Below, piece by piece: positions 1 to 13,338 of a DNA stretch of 64,000 nucleotides (positions are counted from its first letter, which is position 1; each line of letters begins with the position of its first letter). A program made the translations under genes and the position numbers. A model generated the notes under the pieces. The model ran no database searches and was not told the DNA's origin. It saw only the letters and a program-made list of their open reading frames with translations. The DNA is from Octopus sinensis (taxonomy: Eukaryota). The stretch is from positions 1 through 64,000 of the forward strand of contig NW_021833297.1 in assembly GCF_006345805.1 (NCBI RefSeq), written 5' to 3'.

Positions 1-775
1 TCACGAACAGTAATGATTCTAGATATCTCCCACTCTCTTGCTGTGAATGTTATTGTTTATATTGAAATATCAGCGCATTTTTCTTGTTATTTTGAATGTT
101 TCGTTTATATTAAAATATTAACTCCGTTTCCGTATCGTTTCTATTAAAATTACACTTGACGATCTTTTTTTGTTGTTATATGTAGAATTATTCGGAATAT
201 GGTTTGATGGAGTTTCGTAATAGGGCTGATATATTTACCAAAGTCCCCACAGAGTTATTGAAATCTTGCGGTAATTGTTTTGAACTAGGTTGTTGACGTG
301 TTCGCTTATGACAGCGAACTTGTAGAATTGCTATTTTTGTGGTTCTTCTCCCTGTTGACGACTTTGCACTTGTAATGGTATATCAGCCATATTTGTTTGT
401 ACTGTTTCTTTGCTTGTTCGTACTTATCTGTGTATTCCATTGCCTCCCATTGTTGTAGCCTTCGAATGATGCCACCATGCTGGCTAGGTGAGCAAGCCAA
501 CATTGGCCCCTGAACGATATGCCAGTCTATGGTAGGGTTACGTATTTAGGGATGAATGGACTGGGGCAAATCAAGAACACAACGCATTATCTTCAGTCTG
601 GGAAACGAACACACAGTCCAGATGCAAGAGCCTAAAACTACGTCACGTGCTTTCACAGTTGTGTGGTAAGAAACTTGCTTCTCAATCACATGGTGTCGGA
701 TTCATTCCCACAGCGTGGCACATTGGGGTAGTGTCTTCTACAATAGCTACACAACACACACACACAAACACACTC

Positions 776-811
<36 letters not shown>

Positions 812-1069
812 TATATATATATATATACATACATAGATATTACCATATAAATATATTTGGATATACACATATATATACAAATAGATATATATATACATAT
901 ATACATTATATAGAATATAATATATATATATATATATACATGCATACATACATACATATACATATATATATGTATATATATATGTATATACATTATATAT
1001 ATACATATATATATACATACATATACATATATATATATATATACATATACACATATATATATATATCAT

Positions 1070-1119
<50 letters not shown>

Positions 1120-1560
1120 ATATATATACAAACACCTACATACATATATTAATAAAGTAAGGATAAAATTCACGTTAATGATAATTATCAGATAGTCAGC
1201 ATGAAAATAAGCAATTTATATATCAAATTAATAATTATATATATATAATTATATTAAGGGAGAAAATGGAAACATAACTTATCTCCTCCATATTGAATTA
1301 ATGCCTAAAACATTACGAATCTACCGAGAAAAACTCCATAAATAAATGCGATTAAAAGCGGGCTTGTGAGAAGATTTTTAAAAAGACTCCACAAGTAATG
1401 TTTCGACTTTCTCTTCTTAATATAATTATATATATGTGTGTGCGTGTTTATGTGTGTGTGCGTTTGGTGTGTTGTGCGTGTGTGATTGTATATATAATAT
1501 TTTATAATATATATATATATTATATATATATATAATATATATATTTTATGATTATAGTAT

Positions 1561-1661
1561 TCTACGCTGAAGAGAAAGAAGTTTCGGTAGATAGAATTAT
1601 TTAATATTAATATTTAATTCATGCTTTCCTAAAAACTTGATTCGAAACGTACGTCCGTGGA
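1561..1661 (+). ncRNA. Type I hammerhead ribozyme, array copy 1
   Basis: Stem I tctacg/cgtgga, core CTGAAGA (1567-1573), long stem II closed by G-C, GAAA (1644-1647), stem III AC-gtac-GT, cleavage triplet GTC (1653-1655). Confidence 0.8.
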
Positions 1662-2156
1662 TAACTAAAAAAATGTATGATAGATTGCAGTCAATTCATT
1701 CTCTCTTACCTGTTTGTGTCTGCCTTCCAATGCTGTTTTTACTGAGATCTCCCTTTTTAGTAGAAGAAATAAAAAACTATAACCCTTTGACTGCTATTTC
1801 TAAATTCGGTATGTGGTAAGGCAAAACTCGTGCTAAACCCTTATTGCTTAGTATTACTTAAATTTTCCTCGAATGAGGCTTTTACATGCCGAAGACTACT
1901 TGGTGTAATTGATAATTTTTCCAAAATAATTAATTTCACCCTTCATTATTACGGATAACCATATTTTATCTCAGTAGATGACCACAGCATCTTGTTTTGG
2001 CTACACGCGGGTGGGAAGGGGCTGTTGACACAATGTTTCATTCACAAATTGAATTCGGTGATACCAGTTGCGGATTCTAGCTCGCTCTGATACTGAGTTG
2101 AGTTGGTGCCTTCTGGTATCTCAAAATTCAATATATAATCATTTATGATTATAGTA

Positions 2157-2262
2157 TCTACGCTGAAGAGAAAAGAAGTTTCGGTAAGATAGAATTATTT
2201 AATATTAATATTTAATTCTTATGCTTTCCTAAAAACTTGATTTCGAAACGTACGTCCGTGGA
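2157..2262 (+). ncRNA. Type I hammerhead ribozyme, array copy 2
   Basis: tatctacg-CTGAAGA-G[~78-nt hairpin]C-GAAA-CGTACGTC^cgtggata; predicted cleavage after 2256. Confidence 0.82.
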
Positions 2263-2752
2263 TAACTAAAAAAATGTATGATAGATTGCAGTCAATTCAT
2301 TCTCTCTTACCTGTTTGTGTCTGCCTTCCAAATGCTGTTTTTACTGAGATCTCCCTTTTTAGTAGAAGAAATAGCTATAACCCTTTGACTGCTATTTCTA
2401 AATTCGGTATGTGGTAAGGCAACTCGTTGCTAAACCCTTATTGCTTAGTATTACTTAAATTTTCCTCGGATGAGGCTTTTACATGCCGAAGACTACTTGG
2501 TGTAATTGATAATTTTCCAAATTAATTAATTTCACCCTTCATTATACGGGATAACCATATTTTATCTCAGTAGATGACCACAGCATCTTGTTTTGGCTAC
2601 ACGCGGGTGGGAAGGGGCTGTTGACACAATCGTTTCATTCACAAATTGAATTCGGTGATACAGTTGCGGATTCTAGCTCGCTCTGATACTGAGTTGAGTT
2701 GGTGCCTTCTGGTATCTCAAAATTCAATATATAATCATTATGATTATAGTAT

Positions 2753-2859
2753 TCTACGCTGAAGAGAAAAGAAGTTTCGGTAAGATAGAATTATTTAATA
2801 TTTAATATTTAATTCTTATGCTTTCCTAAAAACTTGATTTCGAAACGTACGTCCGTGGA
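2753..2859 (+). ncRNA. Type I hammerhead ribozyme, array copy 3
   Basis: Same motif as copies 1-2; predicted cleavage after 2853. Confidence 0.82.
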
Positions 2860-3342
2860 TAACTAAAAAATGTATGATAGATTGCAGTCAATTCATCTCT
2901 CTTACCTGTTTGTGTCTGCCTTCCAAATGCTGTTTTTACTGAGATCTCCCTTTTTAGTAGAAGAAATAGCTATAACCCTTGACTGCTATTTCTAAATTCG
3001 GTATGTGGTAAGGCAACTCGTTGCTAAACCCTTATTGCTTAGTATTACTTAAATTTTCCTCGAATGAGGCTTTTACATGCCGAAGACTACTTGGTGTAAT
3101 TGATAATTTTCCAATTAATTAATTTCACCCTTCATTATTACGGATAACCATATTTTATCTCAGTAGATGACCACAGCATTGTTTTGGCTACACGCGGGTG
3201 GGAAGGGGCTGTTGACACAATCGTTTCATTCACAAATTGAATTCGGTGATACCAGTTGCGGATTCTAGCTCGCTCTGATACTGAGTTGAGTTGGTGCCTT
3301 CTGGTATCTCAAAATTCATATATAATCATTTATGATTATTAT

Positions 3343-3447
3343 TCTACGCTGAAGAGAAAAGAAGTTTCGGTAAGATAGAATTATTAATATTTAATATTTA
3401 ATTCTTATGCTTTTAAAAAACTTGATTTCGAAACGTACGTCCGTGGA
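3343..3447 (+). ncRNA. Type I hammerhead ribozyme, array copy 4
   Basis: Same motif; predicted cleavage after 3441. Confidence 0.8.
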
Positions 3448-3937
3448 AACTAAAAAAATGTATGATAGATTGCAGTCAATTCATTCTCTCTTACCTGTTT
3501 GTGTCTGCCTTCCAAATGCTGTTTTTACTGAGATCTCCCTTTTTAGTAGAAGAAATAGCTATAACCCTTTGACTGCTATTTCTAAATCGGTATGTGGTAA
3601 GGCAACTCGTTGCTAAACCCTTATGCTTAGTATTACTTAAATTTTCCTCGGATGAGGCTTTTACATGCCGAAGACTACTTGGTGTAATTGATAATTTTTC
3701 CAAATTAATTAATTTCACCCTTCATTATTACGGATAACCATATTTTATCTCAGTAGATGACCACAGCATCTTGTTTTGGCTACACGCGGGTGGGAAGGGG
3801 CTGTTGACACAATCGTTTCATTCACAAATTGAATTCGGTGATACCAGTTGCGGATTCTAGCTCGCTCTGATACTGAGTTGAGTTGGTGCCTTCTGGTATC
3901 TCAAAATTCAATATATAATCATTTATGATTATAGTAT

Positions 3938-4044
3938 TCTACGCTGAGAGAGAAAGAAGTTTCGGTAAGATAGAATTATTTAATATTTAATATTTAATTC
4001 TTATGCTTTCCTAAAAACTTGATTTCGAAACGTACGTCCGTGGA
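3938..4044 (+). ncRNA. Type I hammerhead ribozyme, array copy 5 (1-nt core defect)
   Basis: Core reads CTGAGAG (one A missing, real or a sequencing error); the rest of the motif is intact. Confidence 0.6.
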
Positions 4045-4233
4045 TAACTAAAAAAATGTATGATAGATTGCAGTCAATTCATTCTCTCTTACCTGTTTGT
4101 GTCTGCCTTCCAAATGCTGTTTTTACTGAGATCTCCCTTTTAGTAGAAGAAATAGCTATAACCCTTTGACTGCTATTTCTAAATTCGGTATGTGGTAAGG
4201 CAAATCGTTGCTAAACCCTTATTGCTTAGTATA

Positions 4234-4295
<62 letters not shown>

Positions 4296-4389
4296 TATAC
4301 CTAATATATATAGTATGTGAGTATGTATGTATACATACATACATACAGACATAAATATATATAATATATATATATATATAATATATAAA

Positions 4390-5640
4390 GCAGGTCATCC
4401 GTTAAGTTCTGTCCGATTTTACCTTTTTAAAATTGAATGAAATTTAATAGTATTTTTGCTAATGGAATTAAAATTATTTTTATGCATTTGTGTATATTTA
4501 AATTCATTAAATATTATTTTAAAGAATAATAGAATTAAAATTTCCTTGATTAAAACCCTTTCTAACATAGAAGTATCCAAAGATCATTTGAGACACACAA
4601 TGCTTTATGAGTACAAAAAAGGAAACTCTGCAGCCAAAGCGACTCGATGCATACACCCAGTTTATGGGAAAGAATGTTTGAATGAAAGAACTTGCAGAAG
4701 ATGGTTTGCAAAATTCAGAAGTGGAGATTTCAGCCTTGAAGATGAAAATCGAACAGGACGTCAAGTTGAGTTTGATAATAAGCTCCTTGAAGCATTATTT
4801 GAAGAAAATCCTGCATTATCAGTTGAAGAATTGGCAATAAAGCTTAGTTCAAACCATATAACTGTTTATCGTCATCTTCAACGACTTGGAAAGGTTCCTA
4901 AGCTTGGAAAATAGGTGCCTCATGAATTGTCCGAAAGCAACCCCAAATCCCGAGCTGACATCTATTCTCTCCATTCTCGCGAACTCATTTCACCCTTTTT
5001 GAATAGACTCGTGACAGGTGACGAAAAATGGATCTTCTAACGAAATGTTAAACGTCGTAAAGAGTGGCTTGGTAAAAGGGAAAAAGCTCAACCACAACCG
5101 AGAATGGAACTTCATGGAAAAAAGGTTCTTCTCTCTATCTGGTGGGGTTGCAAAGGAGAAATTCACTTTGAATTGTTACCACCTAACGCAACAATCAATA
5201 CTCAAGTCTACTGTCCGCAATTAGAGCGTTTGAACCAAGCTTTGAAGAAAAAAAAACACGCTTTAGGATTGATGTTTCATTAGGACAATGCGCGACTCGA
5301 CACTGCAAAGATCACATCACAGAAAATCGAAGAACTTGGTTGGAAAAAAATTCCTCATCCACCTTATTCTCCCGACCTTGCTCCTTCAGACTAACATTTG
5401 TTTCGTAGTTTACAGAATCATTTCGCAAACCAGGAGGAGGTCGAACCTGACATTTCAGAGTTCTTCGTTTTAAAACCAAAAGCGTTTTACATTGATGGGA
5501 TTAAAAAACTTGTAAATAGTTGGAAGGAAGTCATAGATAATCAGGGAAAGTACATTGATAATCAAATTTCAATTAAATATAACGTTTGATCTTTTGATTT
5601 CTTTATTCAAAATTCGTACAGATCTTATGAGATGACCTGA
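4390..5640 (+). mobile_element. Mariner (DD34D) transposon, decayed full-length copy
   Basis: Imperfect ~30-bp TIRs (caggtcatccgttaagttctgtccgatttt / aaaattcgtacagatcttatgagatgacctg) in TA context. Transposase motifs RRWFAKFRSGDFSLED, (W>stop)VPHEL, TGDEKW and YSPDLAPSD, with several stops. Confidence 0.95.
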
Positions 5641-5660
5641 TATATATATATATATATATA

Positions 5661-5698
<38 letters not shown>

Positions 5699-5859
5699 TG
5701 GTGTATGTATGCATGTATATCAAGCAAGAGAGAAAAAATATAGACAGAGAGAGAGGAGACTGAGAAAGAGAGAGAGACAGGGAGACAGAAATATATATAC
5801 GTATTAATACATATATACATACATTCCTATATATATACACACACACGCGCACGCACACA

Positions 5860-5911
<52 letters not shown>

Positions 5912-5958
5912 GTATATATATGTATGTATACACACTAATATTATTGCATCGTAAGATT

Positions 5959-6330
5959 AGGCGGCGAGTTGACAGAAACGTTAGCACGTCGGGCGAAATG
6001 TTTAGCAGTATTTCGTCTGCTGCTACCTTCTGAGTTCAAATTCCGCTGAATTCGACTTTGCCTTTCATACTTTCGGAGTCGATTAAATGAGTACCAGTTA
6101 CGTACTGGGGTCGATATAATCGACTTAATCCGCTTGTCTGTCCTTGTTTGTCCTCTCTGTGTTTAGCCCCTTGTGGGTAGTAAAGAAATAGAAATAGGTA
6201 TTTCGTCTGCCGCTACCTTCTGAGCTCAAATTCTGCTGAGGTCGACTTTGCCTTTCATCTTTTCCGATTCGATAAAATAAATAGCAGTTGAACACTAAGC
6301 TCGATGCAACCGACTTAACCCCCCCCCGAA
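5959..6330 (+). mobile_element. tRNA-derived SINE family A plus partial tandem copy
   Basis: A-box-like and B-box (gttcaaattcc) head, central gtcgactttgcctttcatcctttcggggtcgataaa domain, taaagaaata tail; many copies in the window. Confidence 0.9.
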
Positions 6331-6699
6331 ACTGTTTTCCTTCTGATAAAACTTAAAACCATTATTAGATCGTAAGATCCATGCGTTTCTGCATCTTTTC
6401 GCATCATTTACTACGTACAACAAAATTGCCTTTCCCACGCCGATAAAAAAAAATTCGTACTTTTCTTTAAACAGCAAACGGTTCGCTGTTAAAGGTGCGA
6501 ATAATACAGAAATTCATGCATCCTACACTCCAATAATTTGTTTCAGAGCCCAATATAATAACACATCGTCTAGGAACAGAATTTCTCCTCGGGAATATTC
6601 ACGCATCGACAGGTCTTCGCACGTCCGCGTGTACGATAACGTTTTAAATATTATAACTCTACAAAAATATATGTTATTGTACACTGCTGGGGTGACTTC

Positions 6700-6711
6700 A
6701 CCTATCTATCC

Positions 6712-6786
<75 letters not shown>

Positions 6787-6817
6787 ATCTATCTATCTAT
6801 CTATTTATCTATCTATC

Positions 6818-6905
<88 letters not shown>

Positions 6906-7200
6906 ACTATCTATCAGTCTCTCTATCTATCTGTCTATTTATCTATCTGTCTGTCTGTCTATCTGTTTATCAATCTATCTGTCTATCTGCCTATCTGTCT
7001 GTCTATCTATCTATCGATCGATCGATCTATCTATATGTCTGTGTATCTGTCTGTTTGTCTGTCTGTCTGTCTGCTTGCCTGCCTGTCTGTCTGTCTTCCT
7101 GTCTGACTGTCTACCTGTCTACCTGTCTACCTGTCTGTCTATCTGCCTGTCAGTCAGTCAGTCTCACTGCATCTCTATCAATCCATCTATACATGTATGT
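6700..7200. repeat. (TCTA)n/(TCTG)n microsatellite
   Basis: Direct reading. Confidence 0.97.
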
Positions 7201-7818
7201 ATTTATAAATGTATGTATGTATGTACGTATGTCTTTATGCATGCAAGTATTTGTGTGTTTGTACGTTTGTATGTATGCACGTATGTATGCATTTATGCAT
7301 GAATGTATATATAACTATATGTTTGTGCCTGTGTACATATGCGTCAGCCAATCTATGGAATAATATAAACTTCAACAATGCATAGTGTTACGTATTGAAT
7401 GGATACAGACGTAGATTAAAGCGAAGAAAAGAGAAAGAGATAGCGGAGGTTGTCTATTGTTGATAAAGAGCATTGTTGAAAAGCCGATGGGCAAACATTA
7501 ATACAATTTAATAAAGTCTAAACTTTGCGATGCATGCTTTTGGGAAATAAGGATTTTTCCACTTACGTTAACCTTTTACGTAATAAGATTCACATGTAAT
7601 ATGTAATTATGTTTGTACATACGTGCGCGTGTGCATGCGTGCGTGTACGTGCGTGTGTGTGTGCGTCTGTGTTTGTGTGGATGTGTCTTTTAGTGTGTAT
7701 GTGTGTGTATGCTTATTCATTCTTAAAACACTCTGGCACAGTGGGACATGAATACGGCTTTCAACTTTGGGTTTTGTTAGTAATCTAAGATATACACGCA
7801 CACGCATAGATATGTATT

Positions 7819-7852
<34 letters not shown>

Positions 7853-8692
7853 ATATATTATATAAGTATATATATACATATATATACATATATATATTAT
7901 ATATATATACATATACATATACATATACATATATATATATATATATGCATGTATGTATATATATATATATAATGTGTGTTGTGTATATATATATATGTGT
8001 GTGTGTGTGTGTATGTGTTTGTGCGATGTATATGTGTGTGTGTGTTTATATGCTTGTAGGTATATATCTTTAGACAAATATTTAGACGAATGTAACGAAT
8101 GTAACATCAATATATATATATATTATATGTTATATATATATGTATATATATATATATATATGTGTGTGTATATATATGTATATATATATATATGTATATA
8201 TATATGTATATTATATATATTATATATATTATATATATATATACATTATATTATATATATAATGTATGTATATTGCATGTTTGTAAATATATGTGTGAGC
8301 GTGCGATGCGTTTTAATATATATTCTACATGGCAAAATGCTGTAATAACGTCTAATGTCTAATAACGGGCAATATGAGAAAATATACATTCGTTGGAACT
8401 AAGTTGTAACTTATTTCCTTTCAGACCTGTCGAAATTATAACACAGTTTTGTGTACAGCTATTCTCTACCCTGTTGTATTATATTAAATGCTGTATATGG
8501 CGCAAATGTGGTTCGACAGTATATTACTGATAACTTGTGTGCTGCTTATTACATGAAGTAAAGGTTACTTGGACAAATCTAGACTGTGGTCTCGTCGACA
8601 TTGTTCTTGGAATATTTCATATGGTACAGATATCTGTATTGAAATCTATTCAGATTTTTAGAATAGTGTATATTTCTTCAGGTGTTGAAATC

Positions 8693-8723
<31 letters not shown>

Positions 8724-8981
8724 GTCTTTCTCTTTATCCATCTATCCATCTATCTCCCTCACTCTCCTTCTCTCTCTTTCTCTCTCTACATCTATGTGTG
8801 TGTGTATATATATATATCTATATATATACATTTGTCTATCTGTATGTCTATTCTATTTTTAATTTTTCATAAGTCTTCCACTGAGGGGGCAGCCGGTTTC
8901 CAAGAATGAGGGGTAGAGATAACAATATATATATTATATATATATATATAGAGAGAGAGAGAAGAGAGGAGAGAGAGAGAG

Positions 8982-9036
<55 letters not shown>

Positions 9037-9041
9037 AAGAC

Positions 9042-9126
<85 letters not shown>

Positions 9127-9785
9127 TAGAGATAGAGGCAGAGAGACAGAGAGACAGAGAGAGTGATACTCCCTCAGCTGTTAACATTGTATATCATAGG
9201 TCAAACAATCTTTCTCCCCATTAGCTTACTCATCTTTCAACTCCACCCATTTTCTTACCGAAACAACCAATTCTAATTGTGACACTCAAGGTTCTTTGTA
9301 TTTCTTGCTCCTTCTTCACATTTTTCTGTCACACCTTTGTGTTGACGTTTTTGCTTCTAACATGCGCAGGCTCTATTAAATGTTTAAATCTTCCCTCGGT
9401 TGTTGTACTCTAACTTTAATTCTCTGATGCTAGTAAGAGGGTATGTCATAGAATTCATACGTCACCTTGTACCTGGTAAGTGAGTGTAATTGACGAAGTC
9501 TACTCTATTGCGAGCATCCGATCCAGGCACGAAGCTCAAGAATGCCATCTATAAATATTTGAAGCTTTAAAAAAATGTCCTTAGACACTGCCCTTCACCC
9601 TTTAGCGAAACCACTTATAAAGGCTCAACGATAATCCATTTAACATGTTCATCAGAACTCTATCTGTTTTCTTTTTTGCTTTTTCTTTTAGCACACTTAA
9701 TATTTTATCTGTTGTTGGATTATAGCATTCCTCAGGAAAAAATTTGTTCGCTGAGCGTATAAACATGAGCCATAAACTCTAGTCA

Positions 9786-9845
9786 GATTCATTATTCTGA
9801 CGAGACATAGCGATGTCGAAACACGGCTTCACAAAGTCCTGAATC
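9786..9845 (+). ncRNA. Hammerhead core remnant
   Basis: CTGACGA-GACAT-agcg-ATGTC-GAAAC gives a perfect core and 5-bp stem II; stems I and III are imperfect. Confidence 0.5.
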
Positions 9846-10896
9846 GTATGTGTTATGAAACGATAAATTCGTCTGAAAGAATAAGTTGTTTTCCAATGAG
9901 GAAATACAGCAGCGATTTGCAAATTCACATTCGAATACACCGGAAACTATAAAGAATGAATATGTTTATTATCATTACTACACTGAATATTTTCGAAGAA
10001 ATATGGCTTGCTTTACGCATATTAAGAAGCTCGACTGATTTATATTTTCGCCTGTTTTCACATAGCTAGTTTCAAATAAAGATGTTTATCCATGCAAAAG
10101 TCGAAGACCCGTTTCCTTATTTTCCAATTCCATAGCAATATAACTCAATATAATCTCAACTCTTATTCTTAAAATTTGCTCCTAATTGATAATGTCAAAT
10201 CATGGTGTTCATTCTCTTATCATCATCATCATCATTATCATTATTATTATTATCATTATTATTTGCTTCTCTCCGAATTCTAAGTTCCAGCTAAACAATA
10301 TAGAGCTATTTTTTTCTTGTATTTTATAATCTACTCTGTTATACACTTCAGAGTTTTATCTTCACGCTGTTTAAGCTTCAAACTCTCCCAATTCTTTTAT
10401 AGTTAATTATTTATTATTTAGATTTTACCCGGTTTCATTCCGAATATCGGTCTTTATTTATACATTTATTCATTTATATATTCCAATTCCTTTGTCACCG
10501 ATATTTTATCGCGCCCCCGTCAACAAACACTTTAAATTCTGCGCCTTTTAAAATAGATTACTATTCTTTCCAAATCCCTTTCTTTCTTTCTTTATTTATT
10601 TCTTTCTTTCTTTCATTCTTTCTTTTTCTCTCTTCTGTACATTTACACACTTTCATTGTCATATAAAGAATCTTTTTAACTTACTCAAAAATACGCAGGC
10701 ACAAACACAGACATTCACACACACTGCGCGCTCACACACATAAATTTATATATATATATATATTATATTTATATATATATTTGTATGTATATATGTATGC
10801 ATATATGTATATGTATGTGAATATATATTCATATTTATATATACATATGTATATATATATATATGTATGTATGTATGTATATGTATATACATATAT

Positions 10897-10940
<44 letters not shown>

Positions 10941-10949
10941 ACTATGTTA

Positions 10950-11165
10950 GTCACCATGATTAATCGCTAACTCCACGAGTTTTTTTTTTTTGTTTGTCGG
11001 TCTGTTTTTATTCTCTCTCACACTTTATTTTCTCGTGTTCCTTTCTGTTGAAAACCGTCGGCTCGCAAAGGAAAAGACTTCCTCACTTTCCCCCGACCGT
11101 CAAACCAATACACCTGTTGTTGTTTTACACTTGTCTTCGTCTTTTGTTTTCAGTAAATTTTCAAC
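10950..11165 (+). repeat. ~200-bp interspersed element (family F, Penelope pLTR-like), degenerate
   Basis: Reverse-complement match to 48808-48993 and 57352-57541; partial repeat at 11312-11355; embedded in (TA)n. Confidence 0.65.
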
Positions 11166-11210
<45 letters not shown>

Positions 11211-11241
11211 TATATATATATTATACATATATATATATACA

Positions 11242-11276
<35 letters not shown>

Positions 11277-11397
11277 ATATATACATATATACATATATAT
11301 ATATATAATATGTAGTCACCATGATTAATCGCTAACTCCACGAGTTTTTTTTGTTTGTATGTATGTATATATATATATAATATATAGATATATATAC

Positions 11398-11446
<49 letters not shown>

Positions 11447-11634
11447 TAATATATATGGTGACTACATATATATATAATTTGAAACTGACTTGTAAATTGG
11501 AAGTCCACCTGAAGATTGTCGATCAAGACAAGAAACGATTGTAGTGGCCGTTTTTTTTAACTATTTATTAAAATTTTATGTATTGATTAGTCTTTCCTTG
11601 TTTGTTTTGCAAATAGTGGTTTTGTCTCTAATAA

Positions 11635-11685
<51 letters not shown>

Positions 11686-11888
11686 ATATATGTATATATA
11701 TATATAATATATATATATATATTATAGATGTATATATATATATGTATATATATATAATATATATTATATAATATTAATATATATATATACTATATAATAT
11801 ACATACACACATACAACATATATGTGTGTGTATGTGTGTCTGTACATACATACCTACATACATACTTATATATAATAATTATATATAT

Positions 11889-12035
11889 AGGCGCAGGAGT
11901 GGCTATGTGGTAAATAGCTTGCTTACCAACCACAGGGTCCAATCCAAGTGTCTTCTACTATAGCCTCGGGTCGACCAAAGCCTTGTGACGGATTTTGTAG
12001 ACGGAAACTGACAGAAGCCCGTTGTATATATGTTT
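11889..12035 (+). mobile_element. tRNA-derived SINE family B, 5' part
   Basis: ggcgcaggagtggctatgtggtaa head and agtgtcttctactatagcctcggg body, shared with other copies. Confidence 0.85.
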
Positions 12036-12290
12036 ATATATATATGTGTGCTTAATCAAAACCAAGGAGTCATATCTGTTTATTTGTATCATTTTCTACA
12101 TATCTGCTCACTTGGATTTCTCTTATAACTCGTTAACCAACTGACTTGGGATCCGGTAAAGTTTTCCACATGTAAGTCCAAATTTTTTGAACGCAGCTAA
12201 GTGTTTCCTATATAGAGGTTCCCTTGACATCTGTATACGCTACACACATAAAAATATCTGAGTATATCCTTATATACATTTATATCCTTA

Positions 12291-12684
12291 CTAGCAGTAT
12301 CGCCCGGCGTTGCTCGGGTTTGTAAGGGAAATAACTATATAAGCATTTTTAGAGAGTTATAGCCAAAAAATAGCAAAAAATGCATTAAAAATGGAAAAAA
12401 AATGAGGGTAAATTTTTTTTAATCGTTGACTCATCGTAGACCTTTTTAGAGAGTTACTTCCCTTATATAATAGCGAAAAAATTGCATTAAAATGGAAAAA
12501 AACGATGGTAATTTTTTTTTAATCGTAGACTCATCGTAGACGCGCGCTAATACCCCGAAGGGCTCGATATGAATCACAACTATAAGATACCCGGTTTTGG
12601 TTAAACTGCACCGCAAAATGTGGGGGTAGTTAGGAATCTAAATCGTAGGAGACAGACACACAACTTGACTTTTATATATAAAGA
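12291..12684 (-). mobile_element. Non-autonomous Helitron
   Basis: On the minus strand it starts TC (tctttatatataaaag) and ends with a cccgagcaacgccggg hairpin then CTAG. It sits between A and T with no TSD. Second copy at 31155-31456. Confidence 0.85.
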
Positions 12685-12933
12685 TATACATTATATCCTT
12701 ATATACATTTATATCCTTATATAGATTATTTCCTTATATACATTTATCATATCCTTCACTCACTTCACTTCCCCCCCCCCCTCTAGTCGTGCAAAACAGT
12801 TCATCATTTCTCTGCCTCAAATATCATTGTATTTCATATCTCAATCCTTCCTCTCTAGAAATGTTTTGGTCGGAACAGACTAGATACATCAAATGCTCAG
12901 ATACTGAAAATACTCCAGTTTCCTTCCTTTCCC

Positions 12934-12969
<36 letters not shown>

Positions 12970-13294
12970 TTTCTTTTTCTTTCTTCTTCTTTCTCTTTCT
13001 TTTTCTTTCTTTTTCTTTTTCTTTCTTTCTGTCTTTCTCTCTTTCTTTCCTCATATCTTTTCTATTTCTTTCTTTCTATTTGTGTGTTGGTGGTGTGTCA
13101 CCAGATATTTGAGAAATGAATCCGGTTCTAGCAAGAGACCTCAATTTCATCGAATGTGCTTCGAGCTATGTTCTATTGTCTAAAATTTCATTGGGCAAAC
13201 AGCCAGACATAATTATAGATCATACTCGTCGTTGTGGTCGACGTTGTTGTTGTAGAAGCTCCCCTTATTCTTCTTCTTCTTCTTCTTCTCTTCT

Positions 13295-13338
<44 letters not shown>

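Larger units (their letters stand above)
1545..4236 (+). repeat. Tandem array, ~597-bp unit x ~4.5 copies, flanked by (TA)n
   Basis: The same sequence (tatgattatagtattctacgctgaagag...) recurs at ~1547, 2144, 2740, 3331 and 3924. Copies differ mainly by 1-nt indels. Confidence 0.97.

Noticed and set aside
306-503. ORF with IYHYKC resembling a GIY-YIG start
   Set aside because: No YIG or downstream motifs in any frame I read.
682-1152. [16 protein letters not shown], poly-I and similar ORFs throughout the window
   Set aside because: They are translations of stop-free microsatellites, with no coding signal.
1385-1420. Minus-strand gaagagaaagtcgaaac as a hammerhead
   Set aside because: Lacks CTGA and a paired stem II.
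1637-3718. Short ORFs inside the 597-bp tandem unit
   Set aside because: Frames are not conserved between near-identical copies and there are no recognisable motifs.
1545-4236. CRISPR-like array
   Set aside because: Whole units repeat with no unique spacers, and the context is eukaryotic.
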